From Adineta vaga (Eukaryota > Animalia > Rotifera): DNA of 64,000 nt. Where the stretch lies: the NCBI GenBank assembly GCA_021613535.1, contig CP075494.1:682001-746000 (forward strand), given 5' to 3'. Each line of letters opens with the position of its first letter. Within the stretch, counting starts at the first letter, position 1. Below the pieces are notes generated by a model that searched no databases, was not told the origin of the DNA, and worked only from the letters and a program-made list of their open reading frames with translations. Below, piece by piece: positions 25,901-38,220 of the stretch. Both the position numbers and the translations under genes were made by a program.

Positions 25901-28900
25901 ATGTTATTGATGAAAATGAATTTTATCAACAATTAAATGTAACACTTGAACAATTTTTTCATCAAATAAAAACAACATTTTTAGAATATATTGAAATAGT
26001 TCGTTTAGTTATACAAATTGATCAACCATTTACTCATATTGGAAGAGATTGGAAACAAATTTCATTAAATTTACACACAACTCCTATAGCAAATGAAGAA
26101 GCCTATAAAGTATGTTGATTTAAATTCATAAGTTTTTATAATCTAATAGATTTATTATAAAATATTCTTTTTCTTTTAGATTCATTTCGTTTTAAATAGT
26201 TTACATGATGATAATACAAGTTCAATTCCATGTATTTGTGCTATAAATAGATATTGTCATATTCCATTTGCTCTTTATGATGTTAAATATACAATTGGTG
26301 ATGTATTTAATATAAACAAAGCTTATACAATTCCTGGTCTAGTCGAAGGTTGTTTTGTTATTGATTCATTATTCTTATCAACATTAGAATGTTTTTATCA
26401 AAATTCCAAATGTTTTTCAATTCTAATTAAATATATAAAAGATAAATATATTCAAAATCAACGAAATCCAAAATGGATTTTGCCCCGTTCACTTATTTAC
26501 AATGAAAATTTAAGTCGTTTTCCACCAAATATTTCTATTTCATCAATTATAGATGAAGTTATGATTGAAAAATGGATTTCATTAATTTCATTTAAAAATT
26601 ATTATGAAAAATGTTCACCAAATTCTTGTACTTATTCAACTAAAATTCGTTTGAAAACTTCATCTGAAATTTTAATAACATTAATTTCTATGATTAGTGG
26701 AATTATTTTAATATTACGTTTAATAATACCAAAATTTATTAAATTAATTTTTTATTTATTTAAATTACAAATCAATCGAGAACAACAAATTGTATCAGGT
26801 TATATCAATTATTTATAATAACTAATTTAGATAAAATTTTATTAAAAAATTTCGTTTTTTTTTAGTTCATCGAAAATTTATCGATCGAGTTCGATTTTTA
26901 ACAAAAAAATTAATAGAAATTTTATCAACAACATTAATTGATTTAAATATATTTCCAATAAATGATTTTCGACGAAATATTCATCCAATAACAGTTAAAC
27001 GTTTAGGTCAATGGGCAACTCGTCTTTATATTTGTCTTCTTCTAATTAGTCTTACAATTATTGCTATATATTATATTATTGAACCACAAAATTTAACTAA
27101 AATATTTAAACAACCAACATTTGATCGATACAATCAACTTCTAGATCAATATGATAATAAATTAAAATGTTTTTGTTCATCTTTAGCATCAACTTATGAT
27201 CATTATGTTACAATTGAAACAAAATTTCATCAAGTAAAAATAATATTTTGAAAAATGAAAATTTAATTTTAATAAATTCTTATTTAGATTTGTACAAGTG
27301 ATTTTATTTTAGAAGAATGGAGAAATAATTTAACAAAAAATCTTCTATATGATTTATCAATTTATGATTTAAATGATTATCGTCGTTTTCTTTCAATTCA
27401 TTTACAATTTCTACAAAATTTATGTGAACTTTCAATAAAATCAACGAAAACATATGTTAATCAATTTCTTAATTTATTTCTTATTTCATCAGAACTTTTA
27501 ACTAAAGATCAATTTGAAAATTATATTTATTCATCAATTGATCAAAATAAATTATATGATCGAACTAAACTTTCTCAATTACTTTCATTAATTTTACAAA
27601 TCAATCATGGAAATGGAATTATAACAACATATGGAACTAATTTTCAATATAAAGATTATCCACAAGGTTCAATACAAAGAAAATTATTTGTTAATAATAT
27701 AATTTATTCGAATTGTTCTTGTTTAATTCATTCGAATTGTACAAATCAAGGTTATTTTATTGATAAAAATCATTCAATTTTTATTCAAGGTTTTCGAATT
27801 GGATGTACACCAATTGAATCATTTCGTCTTTCAACACTTGAATGTTTTTATAATCAAACATGTGTTAATCTTATTGAAAAATATTTAATAAATAATGATT
27901 CAATTAAAACTCTTTTTTATGATAAAAATATAAATAAAACAATAAATGAATTAATTAATGAATTATTTATTGATAATTTTAATATTATATTAAATTATTC
28001 ATCTTATTATCATCAATGTTTACCTATAGATTGTTCATATTCTTATATACAAAAAATTAATTCAATTTATACATTAACACTTTTAATTGGTCTTCAAGGT
28101 GGTTTGACAATTCTTCTAAAATGGATTTCACCAAAAATAATTCAAATTCTATTTCTTATTTATCAATATCGAAAACAAAAAAGAAATATTATTCCAATAA
28201 ATCAATCAAATGAAATCAAAAATTTATCTAATAATCTTCAATTAACATCTCAAAATACTTTATTAGAGTATGTTTTAATTAATAAACTCTATATATATAT
28301 ATATATTTATAATATCTTTTATTTATAGAATTAATTCATATTCTATAAAACATATTTTAATATGGTTATTTGTAACAATAATATTAATAATAATTCTTCT
28401 ATTATTTTCTATTATTTATGCAAAATATCAACAAAAACAATCATTATCAACAATAACAGGTTATTAATCTTTCTATTTGATCGAATTCTTTTCTATAAAA
28501 TTCAATATTCTATATTTCATAGTTATTTCGACAACTTCAACTTCAACAAATAATATAATTATATCAAATATAACTACAGGTTAAGATATTCAAATATTTA
28601 TTATCTTTTTAATTTTTTCTCATAAAGAAGAGTCTATTAAACACGAGTAACGCTCTGATCTCTTGGATCTCACTTGATTTAATCCTAAACGGGGCAATAG
28701 ATAACTATGACTGTACACTCAGGTCTATATTCTCGTCAGCAGTCCATCCAGACTGTAGTCATATCTTTAAATCGAAAGCAAAGGACATGAATTTAATGTT
28801 TGTTTTTTTAAAAAGATTCTATAAACGATAAAAAATTATCATATTAGTTCTTAGATGATTATTCTGGTTTATTTAGATAGAAATTGTCAACTTAAATTTC

Positions 28901-30003
28901 AATCAAAATCTTTATACAAATTACCAATGTTTCTTTATCGAGGTTTTTATTTGAAAGCTGCAGATTTCAATGGTGATCAAGAAATAGATATTTTAGTTAT
29001 TGGTACTAGTTTTGATGATAGTTTTGTATTGATTACAAATAAGAATAAAACATTTGAAAAACATAATATATCTTTAAATATTTATCAGGATACTTTGATT
29101 GTTTATGGTGATTTTAATAATGATAATCAATTTGATTGTGCAATTACTACTTATAATAATATCAATATTCATCTTTGGAATAATAATAAAAATACATTTA
29201 AATCACCAATTGTCGCGTTATCAAAGAATATTGATTCAATATATGATATAAAAACTGGTCATTTTAATAATGATAACTATTTAGATATTGTTGCTTTTAC
29301 ATCAAATGAATATAAGATTTATATATTAATTGGAAATGGAAATGGAAGTTTTAATTATTCAAAAAAAAATCTTATTTCTCATCAAAAAACTAAAATGATA
29401 TCAATAGTTATTATTGATTTTAATAAAGATAAATATTTCGATATTATTTGTCTTAGTAATGATCAATATGAAATTTATATTTGGTTTGGAAATGGTGATG
29501 GAACATTTGCAAAGAAATCTATTTTATATACAATACATATTAGTATAAATCCTCAATCAATTGCTATAGAAGATTTTAATAATGATAATCAATTGGATTT
29601 AATTATATCTTATACAGAGAAAACATTTGTTACGATCATATTTGGATTAAATAATAATACATTCGATCAAACAACGGAATTTTTAATAGATATTGGTTTG
29701 AATTCACAATTAAATGCAATTTATAGTTTTAAAAATTATGATATTATTGTGAATGATATGAATAGAGATATGAATTTAGATTTTATTATTTATAATCTTG
29801 GAATAAGTTCTGTAAATATATTATTTGGAGATGGAAAAGGAAAGTTTCAAAGAGAAACAGGATTTTTTATTCAAGATTATGAAGCAAAGGATTTTAGTTT
29901 TCATGATATTCTTGATTTTAATCATGATAATTATAAAGATATTTTAACTCGTCATAACTTTGATGGTACAATTCATGTTCTTTTAAATACAGGTCCATGT
30001 TGA
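22985..30003 (+). CDS. Multi-exon membrane protein: three tandem TM/Cys-rich/TM units, Thr-rich stalk, FG-GAP/VCBS repeat domain
   Basis: In-frame spliceable exons include 22985-23159, 23369-23661, 23747-24163, 24261-24392, 24448-24760, 24815-24955, 25520-26109, 26180-26798, 26866-27233, 27288-28268 and last exon 28877-30003. CxCS..ICSS.FI..W and Y..C.P..C.Y motifs occur three times. Final exon has repeated DFNxDxxxD and GNGDG motifs. Small exons at 28329-28579 are less certain. Confidence 0.75.
23681..23726. repeat. Telomere-like palindromic element (intronic, degenerate)
   Basis: taagggtgtgggtatgagtg...tacccacccttg. Confidence 0.6.
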
Positions 30004-30057
30004 ATTGTTTTGCTTTAATATATTTTAAATTAAATATTATTGCTTTTTCATGTCTAT

Positions 30058-30116
30058 TAAGGGTGTGGGTGTGGATGTTAGATAGAGGTAGTACCCTTAC
30101 CCACACCCGCCCTTCG
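30058..30116. repeat. Telomere-like palindromic element
   Basis: taagggtgtgggtgtgg...tagatagaggtagt...acccacacccgcccttc, between convergent gene 3' ends. Confidence 0.8.
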
Positions 30117-30271
30117 TGGGTGTGTGAATTTTAATAAGTAAACGATACACTATTCATTCAATACTCTTATCCGTACTTTAATCCAAAATATATGAAGGTT
30201 TACTTTATAAGGTTAAAGAAAATAATGGAAATGAATGAAAAGTATAAATGTTTCTGTTCTATCTGATATAG

Positions 30272-31406
30272 TTAATTCAATTCTTTGGTCTTTTCAACAA
30301 TGATCTTTTCTGAATAATTCCACCATTCTTGAGCTCGTTCTGAATTGTTTGCATATTTATTTGCTAATTCCGTTTCATGACAATCGGAATAATATTTACC
30401 TGATACAGCATCGTCTGATACAGCGCAATATAAATTAGTTTGAGCACCTTCAAGTTGTGTTTTAAGAAGAAAAAATCGAAAAGGAGCAAATGCTAATTGT
30501 GGCATAGATATATGTCGTTGTAGTGCTGTGTCGACTCCACCAGGATGAAGAACATATGCATTAAGACCTTGTGAATGGAAACGACGATGTAATTCATGAG
30601 TAAAATAAATATTTGCTGTTTTGCTTAGAGAATATGCATTCCAAGATTTATATGTTTCTTTATTCAGTTGTTCAGCATATGTATCAGATGTACATGGTAC
30701 TTGCCATTTAGCATGAACTAACGATGAAACATTAACAATACGTGATTTAGATTGAAGTAATTGAGGAAGAAGTAATTGAGTTAAATAGAAATGACCAAAA
30801 TGATTGGTACCCATTTGCATTTCAAAACCATCTTTAGTAAGTGCATATGGACAGGCCATAACTCCTGCATTGTTAATCAAAGCAGTAATTGGAGCATTTC
30901 TGTTAATTAAAATCATACATTCATCTTTGAATATTATTTCATCATAAAATAGTTCCTTACTCTCCTTCAATTTTTTTATATTGTTCAATACCAGTTTTAA
31001 TCGCACGTAAATCACTTAAGTCAATTGGATAACCACTAACACGTTTAGAATCTCGTGCAACTTTTTTAACATCATCAATGGCTTCTTGTAAGTTACTAGG
31101 TCGTGCAAATAATACAACTTTAGCACCACGTTTTGCTAATTCAAAAGCTGTTTGTTTTCCAATACCACCTGCAGCACCAGTAATTAAATAAGTTTTTCCA
31201 CTGAGATCTTTTGTTTTCAGAGCATCATATTGACCGCCACGAGCAATCCATCGTACAAGTATGTAAACACCAAGAAAGTAGAATCCAGTAAATGAATATG
31301 ATGATCGAATATATGGCAAAAAACAATAGATAGGAATTGACGCAGAAAGTGTGAGCAAAGCTTTAACTTCTGGTTGACGAAGAAAACATAAAACTAAATT
31401 GACCAT
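30272..31406 (-). CDS. Short-chain dehydrogenase/reductase (retinol dehydrogenase 12/WWOX-like)
   Basis: Exons 31406-30961 and 30899-30272 join as ..[17 protein letters not shown]. Motifs [23 protein letters not shown]. Confidence 0.9.
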
Positions 31407-31625
31407 ATTTTATTATTACAAAATGTGTATGACCTGGTTCGAAAGGGGTTATATAGTCATATATTTTAAATCGTCATCGCATATTCAATCATATTAGTAA
31501 ATTTGGTAAAATACGGAACAGAAAGTCACGATCGAATTGCAATAGAGGGTGACACTGTACGATGTAAATTTCTCCAAATGAAATTCATTTGATCAATAAA
31601 TGAATATTTCGAAAATTATTTTGTC

Positions 31626-31693
31626 TTGAGGATGGGTGTGTGTGTGGTGTTGGTGTCGATAATACTCTTTCCTTCACCCACACATACACTCGA
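31626..31693. repeat. Telomere-like palindromic element
   Basis: ttgaggatgggtgtgtgtgtgg...cacccacacatacactcga, in the divergent SDR/UGT intergenic region. Confidence 0.7.
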
Positions 31694-31832
31694 TCACATA
31701 CGACATCTATCGAAATATTTTTCGAATTACAACTCCTATCTCTCTCTCTCATTGATTCTCAAAATGATGATTCATTCTTATATCAGTTATATAAAAGTAT
31801 GCCTTTTTTTCTTTAATATTTTCACAAGCCAA

Positions 31833-33488
31833 ATGAATTTCGTTGCTCCTTTAATTCTTAGTCTATTCTTATTATTCATACCTGGATCATTTTGTTTCAA
31901 TGTTTTACTAATCAGCATTGGTCATGCTGGTCATGTTACACCTTTATTCGAATTAGCAAAATCATTGCAACACCATCAAATTACATTTGTAACTCAACCG
32001 TTAGCTCAGTCTTACGTTAACTTTAATTATTTTTCTAATACATCTTCATTTCGTCTTATTTACACGAACAATTCAATCGATGCATTTATAGATGAAAAAC
32101 AAAAAGAACAGCAACTTATTGATTTCGCTGCTAATCATGGATTTTTCGATAACATGGCTCATACAACAGAACTATTCAGCGAAGATATCAATTCTCTATT
32201 CCATAAACTAATCGATCTTTTAATGAATGAAAAATTCGATGTCATTATTGCTAATTCAATCATCAAAGGTATTCATGTGCTATCTAAACAAACAAATACA
32301 TCTTGTGTCATACAAAGTACAGAATCTATTCCGAATATGTTAGATTTTAATCTACCAAATATATTTTCATTATTATCAAAAGAACAAATGACTCAAATCA
32401 AATATCGTATCTATAATGTGATCTACACTCTACGTCTTGGAGTGATTTTAATTAAAAAAGTCTTACCAACCATCGGTATGATCAATAAATCTCTTCCACG
32501 AGTGCCAGGACCGTTTTACGATAGTCTTTCGTTGAAAAATCTTTTCTTCACGGAAACACAATGTTTAGAACTTTTTAGTATACCACCAACATTTTACACA
32601 CAATCATATACAAATCATTATACAAAATATCTTGGAGCATTTATAGATGAAACAGAGATTAAATACACTGAGAATGAATTGAGTACGTGGGTTAGATCAA
32701 AAGCAAATAAGTCGATTATATATGCTGCTTTTGGTACTAGTTCATTGATTAAATTTGATCGAATGAGAAATTTAATCGATGGCTTAGCAGAATTTTTGCT
32801 TAAAAATACGAATTGCTTTTTATTACTTGTACTTCGTGGAAAAAACTATGACTTTTATCAAATGGTACTGAAGGCAATGAAGCGCGAAGATTATAAAAAT
32901 ATTTTTCAAAATCCAGAACATGTTCGAATTGAAACTGGATTTGTTCAACAAAAATGGATTTTACAAGAGAATTCAATAAAATTATTTCTCAGTCATTGTG
33001 GTATGGGTTCATGTTCAGAAGGAATATATTTCCAAAAACCCATCTTATGTATGCCATTTAATATGGATCAATTTATCAATGGAAATTCAATCGTTCAGTT
33101 AGGCATTGGATTGTCATTGTTTAACCCTCCTTCCTTATATCAATCATTACTTCGACCATATCATTTTTATGATTATAATTTTACTAGTGATAGTGTGACA
33201 AGGAAACTAACGGAAATATGGGAGAATGATAGTTACCAACGTATGATTAAGATTATGTCACTTGAAATGAAACATGCTGGTGGCTTGAAACAAGCAGTGA
33301 AAGAAATTGAATTTCTCGTTAGTTTAAATGGAAACTTAGATCGTTATGCGCCATTTCAAAGTACATTAGTATTCTATCAGAGATATCTGCTAGACTTGCT
33401 AATCATAATGGTGATAATACCTATGACAATCGTAGTGTATGGACTTATTAAATGTTGTAAACGACGTCAAAAAGAAAAACGTGATTAA
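31833..33488 (+). CDS. UDP-glycosyltransferase (GT1, animal UGT-type), intronless
   Basis: Signal peptide from ATG 31833 (MNFVAPLILSLFLL), GHAGHV, UGT signature FVQQKWIL..FLSHCGMGSCSEGIYFQKPILCMPFNMDQ, C-terminal TM with basic tail. Confidence 0.9.
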   Translation: MNFVAPLILSLFLLFIPGSFCFNVLLISIGHAGHVTPLFELAKSLQHHQITFVTQPLAQSYVNFNYFSNTSSFRLIYTNNSIDAFIDEKQKEQQLIDFAANHGFFDNMAHTTELFSEDINSLFHKLIDLLMNEKFDVIIANSIIKGIHVLSKQTNTSCVIQSTESIPNMLDFNLPNIFSLLSKEQMTQIKYRIYNVIYTLRLGVILIKKVLPTIGMINKSLPRVPGPFYDSLSLKNLFFTETQCLELFSIPPTFYTQSYTNHYTKYLGAFIDETEIKYTENELSTWVRSKANKSIIYAAFGTSSLIKFDRMRNLIDGLAEFLLKNTNCFLLLVLRGKNYDFYQMVLKAMKREDYKNIFQNPEHVRIETGFVQQKWILQENSIKLFLSHCGMGSCSEGIYFQKPILCMPFNMDQFINGNSIVQLGIGLSLFNPPSLYQSLLRPYHFYDYNFTSDSVTRKLTEIWENDSYQRMIKIMSLEMKHAGGLKQAVKEIEFLVSLNGNLDRYAPFQSTLVFYQRYLLDLLIIMVIIPMTIVVYGLIKCCKRRQKEKRD

Positions 33489-33517
33489 TCAATGAATAAA
33501 AGTTTCAAATCTAAAAC

Positions 33518-33588
33518 TAAAGGGTGTGGGTGTGGGTAAGTGGTATATTTATTCCTTAATCCCACCCAAACCCAAACCCACCCACAAG
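33518..33588. repeat. Telomere-like palindromic element
   Basis: aagggtgtgggtgtgggt...cccacccaaacccaaacccaccc, 30 bp after the UGT stop. Confidence 0.75.
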
Positions 33589-33785
33589 ATTTTCAACAAA
33601 CTTTCATCTATACCTGAGGGTGAGAAGGATTGTGTGATATACTCTCAGGTTTATCCGCGTATGTATAGATTTCAAAATTTTCGAATCTGAAGAGAAGATT
33701 AAGCATCATTTATATGATAAAGCAAAAAATAGATTTATCAGAGAGAAAAATGAAGAACAAAACAGTTTTTCTGTTAACATTACGA

Positions 33786-34265
33786 TTAATCAGAATAAAA
33801 TTTAATTGTTTTAGTAGCTGCAAGAATAGAAATAGTAGCAATAATAATAGTACCAAGAATTGTACCAAAAATGTTAAGAATTTTAGTCGATTTTGATGAT
33901 TTCAATGCACCTTGAAGGTCTCCAGAACACTTTCTATTTCTTGTTTCTTCAGACTTCATACAAGCAAAAATACCAAGTATGAAAAAACAAAATAAAATAT
34001 TGAGAATTGACCATGTTCTATATTCTGGAACATTTACTATCTGTGATGTCATTCCATTATTAATGATCCTTGTTCCATTGTTGGTCATGATAGGCATATT
34101 GTATCCATATTGACAATTGACTATCGATTGACCTGAATGAATATATGGGATACTGCTAGTGTTTAGAGGAGTATAAAGCGGTGGTGGTTGATGCATAACA
34201 ACTCCATTTGTTTCAATTTGTTTCTGATTACCATTATTTGAATCAATCATTGATATATCGTTCAT
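33786..34265 (-). CDS. CD225/dispanin (IFITM/PRRT-like) membrane protein
   Basis: Pro-rich N-terminus; WSILNILFCFFILGIFACMKS..R....GDLQGA...S...KILN followed by a TM helix. Confidence 0.85.
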   Translation of the reverse strand: MNDISMIDSNNGNQKQIETNGVVMHQPPPLYTPLNTSSIPYIHSGQSIVNCQYGYNMPIMTNNGTRIINNGMTSQIVNVPEYRTWSILNILFCFFILGIFACMKSEETRNRKCSGDLQGALKSSKSTKILNIFGTILGTIIIATISILAATKTIKFYSD

Positions 34266-34728
34266 GTTCAAGGTTAATATGAGAATTTTATCAAAAAAAA
34301 CTATAGAAATCCTTTCAGAGAATGAATTCTGAAGAAAAAAAACTAACTGTCAATCTTCATTTTGTTCATTGAAATAATAATATTTATTCATATGGAAATA
34401 TATTTTATCTTATCAATAAATAAATATCATAACAGATTTCTTTGTTCTATTCACATCTGTTTTATATTAATTAAATCTTTTTCGTTTAATTCGAATAGTT
34501 TTTCAAATGTTCATTTATTTCATATGAATTGAATTTAAAATAAGAATAATAACATTTTCAAGTTTAGATTTATGTTTATGATCAATATGAACATTTCTCT
34601 ATAATCATCAAGTGATTTCTTTACTCATAATTAAAAGTTACGATCGATTTCTATTTGAATTATTTTAGTCAATATTAAATGAAGAAAAACAAATGATATA
34701 GATTCAATTTGTCTAATTCAAAAAAAGA

Positions 34729-34780
34729 TAAGGGTGGGTGTGGGTACTTCACTTCTCTTCACACTGACACCCACCCTCAA
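34729..34780. repeat. Telomere-like palindromic element
   Basis: taagggtgggtgtgggt...acacccaccctcaa. Confidence 0.8.
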
Positions 34781-35662
34781 GATCTCATCAAGATGGCTGT
34801 AGGTCGCCAAAGTGCCTTTCAGATGACCGAAAAGTAACCGTGATCCTTTTACATTCAATAGAAAAGTTTAAAAATAATTCAGATAGTGTTTGATGAAGTC
34901 GGGAAAACTATGTTTTGCACCACCTCATCATTCTGAACTCTCAGAACAGATGTCTGTTATGAACTTTACACAAAAACTTATTCAAAATTTTAGTTACGAA
35001 GGTCAAAATAACAAAATTGAATTAAAGATCAAAATGAGAAAATGCAGGGGCCCATAACGACCAATACAGGAACGTCGTGACGAAATTACAAGGGATCGGA
35101 ATAAAAACGACAGAATGTATGTAAATAAGTTAAAATTTACGTATTGAGAGTGTGGGTCAGCTTGTAACTAGAAGAAACGATCATACACATAATGAAGTTT
35201 GTCTAATTCGTAATCGCATCACGTAGTAGTTTTCTTTTCGACATGATTTCCGAAATATTTTTTCTTTGTTAAATATATTTATATTTACTATTGTATTTGA
35301 TCAAATATACATTATTTCTCATTATTTCTCTTTTACTTCATAAGCGTCCTTCTCGACGTGGCAAACCTTCTCTGATGCAACTTATTGCGTAATTTCTTCC
35401 GCAATTTACGTAATAATTTTTATTCAAATTGCACAATATCCAACACACACATATATTTATAAAAATCATTCTCAGTTTCAATCGTCAAAAATGCATTTAT
35501 CAACACAACTATGAGTGTGAGATCAGTTGTGACAACTTGTGATCTTAACTTATATTGAAATTGTTTAGAATTTTTCTCTCATTATCAAAATGATATTTTC
35601 AATGTCAGAAATAAGTATTGCTATTTATGTTTCAGATTTTCTTGTATAGTTAGCATTCTTAG

Positions 35663-36379
35663 ATGGCTTTTACTACTCTAGAACAACTACCCAATGAATT
35701 ACAGATAAGTATATTGAAATATCTTTCTACCGTCGATCGTTATTCATCATTTTTTGGATTAAATTCTCGTTATGATGAACTTCTGAGATATAGTATTCCA
35801 TCAGAAATTAGTGAAAAATACTTGGAAATGGATATCAACGATGTTAGCCAATATTCACATAAAAAAATAAAACCTGAGTGGAAACCAACAAGGATATTTT
35901 ATTTAATTCCTACTTTCGCTCATCGTTCAACACTTGGATGGTTAGTGAACGGTTCATTACAACTACAATGGAAATTTATTAGTGAAAGAACTTTTCAAGG
36001 TTATATACAAAAACAACAAGATACAGATCCTAGACTATTTGAAATAAGCCTAAAATATCCAATTGAGTTAAGCTCCTTATTTTTTCGCTCTTATGATTTT
36101 CAATGGAAGATTCGTGACATGTCAAACTTTCCGATATTTATTGCATGGCTTCAAGAAAATTATTCGAAGGAATGTGCTATGCTACAACAATATTGTGAGC
36201 ATATGATGAATCTACCATATTATTATATTACCTATAATGATCCATATTATCAAACTTACATTAAAATTCAACGCCTTGAAGTTAAAAAGCAAATATCGAA
36301 AATCTATCAACAAGCTCAAAATATTTGGACTGAATTGAAAAATTTAGGAGACTTCAATTATTCTGAACTTAATCGATAA
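35663..36379 (+). CDS. F-box domain protein
   Basis: N-terminal LEQLPNELQISILKYL...SFFGLNSRYDELL; intronless 238 aa. Confidence 0.75.
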   Translation: MAFTTLEQLPNELQISILKYLSTVDRYSSFFGLNSRYDELLRYSIPSEISEKYLEMDINDVSQYSHKKIKPEWKPTRIFYLIPTFAHRSTLGWLVNGSLQLQWKFISERTFQGYIQKQQDTDPRLFEISLKYPIELSSLFFRSYDFQWKIRDMSNFPIFIAWLQENYSKECAMLQQYCEHMMNLPYYYITYNDPYYQTYIKIQRLEVKKQISKIYQQAQNIWTELKNLGDFNYSELNR

Positions 36380-36464
36380 ATGTAATCTAAACAGTGCTAC
36401 TATCTCTTCTATTTTTCAAAATATTGTATCATTCGTGTTTCTAAATAACCACTCTTATCTGAAT

Positions 36465-36526
36465 TAGAGGGTGTGGGTGAGGGTATATTCTCTTGACTCT
36501 CATCCACCCACCCATCCACCTCTCGA
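36465..36526. repeat. Telomere-like palindromic element
   Basis: tagagggtgtgggtgagggt...catccacccacccatccacctctcga. Confidence 0.8.
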
Positions 36527-36540
36527 CATCGAATATCATA

Positions 36541-36926
36541 GATTCTCCATGTGGAATTTTTACTGATAGTAACTTGAATTTATATGTAGTCGACTCTTTA
36601 AATCATCGTTTTCAAATGTTTTCACGAGGGCAATTGCAGGAAGTAGATTAGTTAATACTACTATTATTGGTCTTAATCATCCAACTGATATTACTTTCGA
36701 TCGTGATGATTATTTATATATCATTGATAGTTGGAACAATCGTATTGTTCGAGAAAAATCAAATAATTTTCTTTGTATACTTGGATGTGTTGCTACTGGT
36801 TCGGAATCGTACAAATTTAAGGTACCACGTCATATGACTTTCGATAGTTATGGAAATATTTATGTTGTTGATACAGATACTTATCGGATACAAACATTTA
36901 ATTATTTGAAAAAATCATGTGATAAG
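36541..36926 (+). pseudogene. NHL-repeat protein fragment, 5'-truncated and frameshifted
   Basis: DSPCGIFTDSNLNLYVVDSLNHRFQMF, frameshift at CAATTG ~36631, then IAG..LNHPTDITFDRDDYLYIIDSWNNRIV..PRHMTFDSYGNIYVVDTDTYRIQTF. Confidence 0.8.
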
Positions 36927-37303
36927 TATGAGATTATCATTAGATCAATTTTACAAGGATTTTAGTTATTATAGAATAGTCGAGAAGGCTTAATATTACT
37001 TTATGTTTTACTATATATTCACTTAGACAGAATTTACATGTTAATCTTTAAAATAAGAGTTTGTATTTATTTTTATTCGAAGCGTTTCTTTAAGAATCAC
37101 TCACAATGACAACAACTACATCTGCACTATTACACTCAACAAAAGGTCTAGCTATTGAGTGTTCAATATATAGTGGTCGATGCTTTATATTTCAAAATCT
37201 TTATCGCAACAACATTAATTATGCTCTTTTACGCATGCTTTTTTGAGATTTCAAAATCAAAATAACAATAGAATCTTTCTTGAAATGATCAACAAGTAGA
37301 TAA

Positions 37304-37374
37304 AGAAGGATGAGTGTGTGGAAGCGACATTTACATGTTATACTCTCAGCAAACACACACACTCACACCTTCAA
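37304..37374. repeat. Telomere-like palindromic element (degenerate)
   Basis: gaaggatgagtgtgtgg...cacacacactcacaccttcaa. Confidence 0.65.
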
Positions 37375-37518
37375 CATACATGTGTAAAACAGACAAGAAC
37401 GAAATTGATTTTATTATAATTAATAGAAGAAAAATTAAACAAAGGTTTCTCGTGAATAATTAGAAATATTTACAGAGAAGAAACGATAATTTCTCATCAT
37501 ATTCGACTGATAACAAAT

Positions 37519-38220
37519 TCATATAGATTGTATGATGATCACCGACAGGTCTCTACCAAAACATATATAACAAAATGTAATTAATATAAAATAGATTCGA
37601 GTAAGATTTAAAGCAAATGGGCGAGTCCAGATAGGCAACTTGTAATATATCCAAGTAACACCTCTTAAAAATATTGAATGTACTATTAATACTAAAAAGT
37701 AAGATATATTAAAATATAATATAAAATACATTTGATTATTGATATATAGAATAAGAATTGTCAAAATATTGAGCTTATACGTTAAGATTATGATGGTAAG
37801 TATCGCAAACAAAACGGCTACTTCATGCAATCGACTATCTTCTCCGTAAGTATTTCCGATTTGAGCATCATGAATACTTTCTATGAATCGTTTAAAATGT
37901 TCCAAATTTGATGGCCATTGAACAGTCAATGCAGATTGCTGAATCTTTGAAAAAAGTGGATAAAATATTATTCTATTGTCTAAAAAAGATTTTACCGCTG
38001 GTGCAATCCATACATGAGACACATATGATAAGGAATCTGTTGATATTGACGGTTTTCTTTGATATATAAATTCACGCCGTTTGAGTTTTCGAGAATTTTC
38101 AATAGCAGAAATAAAATATGAAGCATCACCACAAGAATCAAGTGATACATTTGACAAATATAGAAATCCATCAATAATATTAGTTAATTGTTTTCTCGAA
38201 ATTGTATTCGATGACTTCAA
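37519..38220 (-). CDS. Hypothetical protein with C-terminal TM helices, possibly the frameshifted tail of the F-box pseudogene
   Basis: 233 aa ORF overlapping the end of the upstream F-box/LRR frame; 3 hydrophobic segments. Confidence 0.4.
   Translation of the reverse strand: MKSSNTISRKQLTNIIDGFLYLSNVSLDSCGDASYFISAIENSRKLKRREFIYQRKPSISTDSLSYVSHVWIAPAVKSFLDNRIIFYPLFSKIQQSALTVQWPSNLEHFKRFIESIHDAQIGNTYGEDSRLHEVAVLFAILTIIILTYKLNILTILILYINNQMYFILYFNISYFLVLIVHSIFLRGVTWIYYKLPIWTRPFALNLTRIYFILITFCYICFGRDLSVIIIQSI

Noticed and set aside
31626-31832. N-terminal extension of the UGT ORF
   Set aside because: It starts at a TTG inside a palindromic repeat; the signal peptide begins at ATG 31833.
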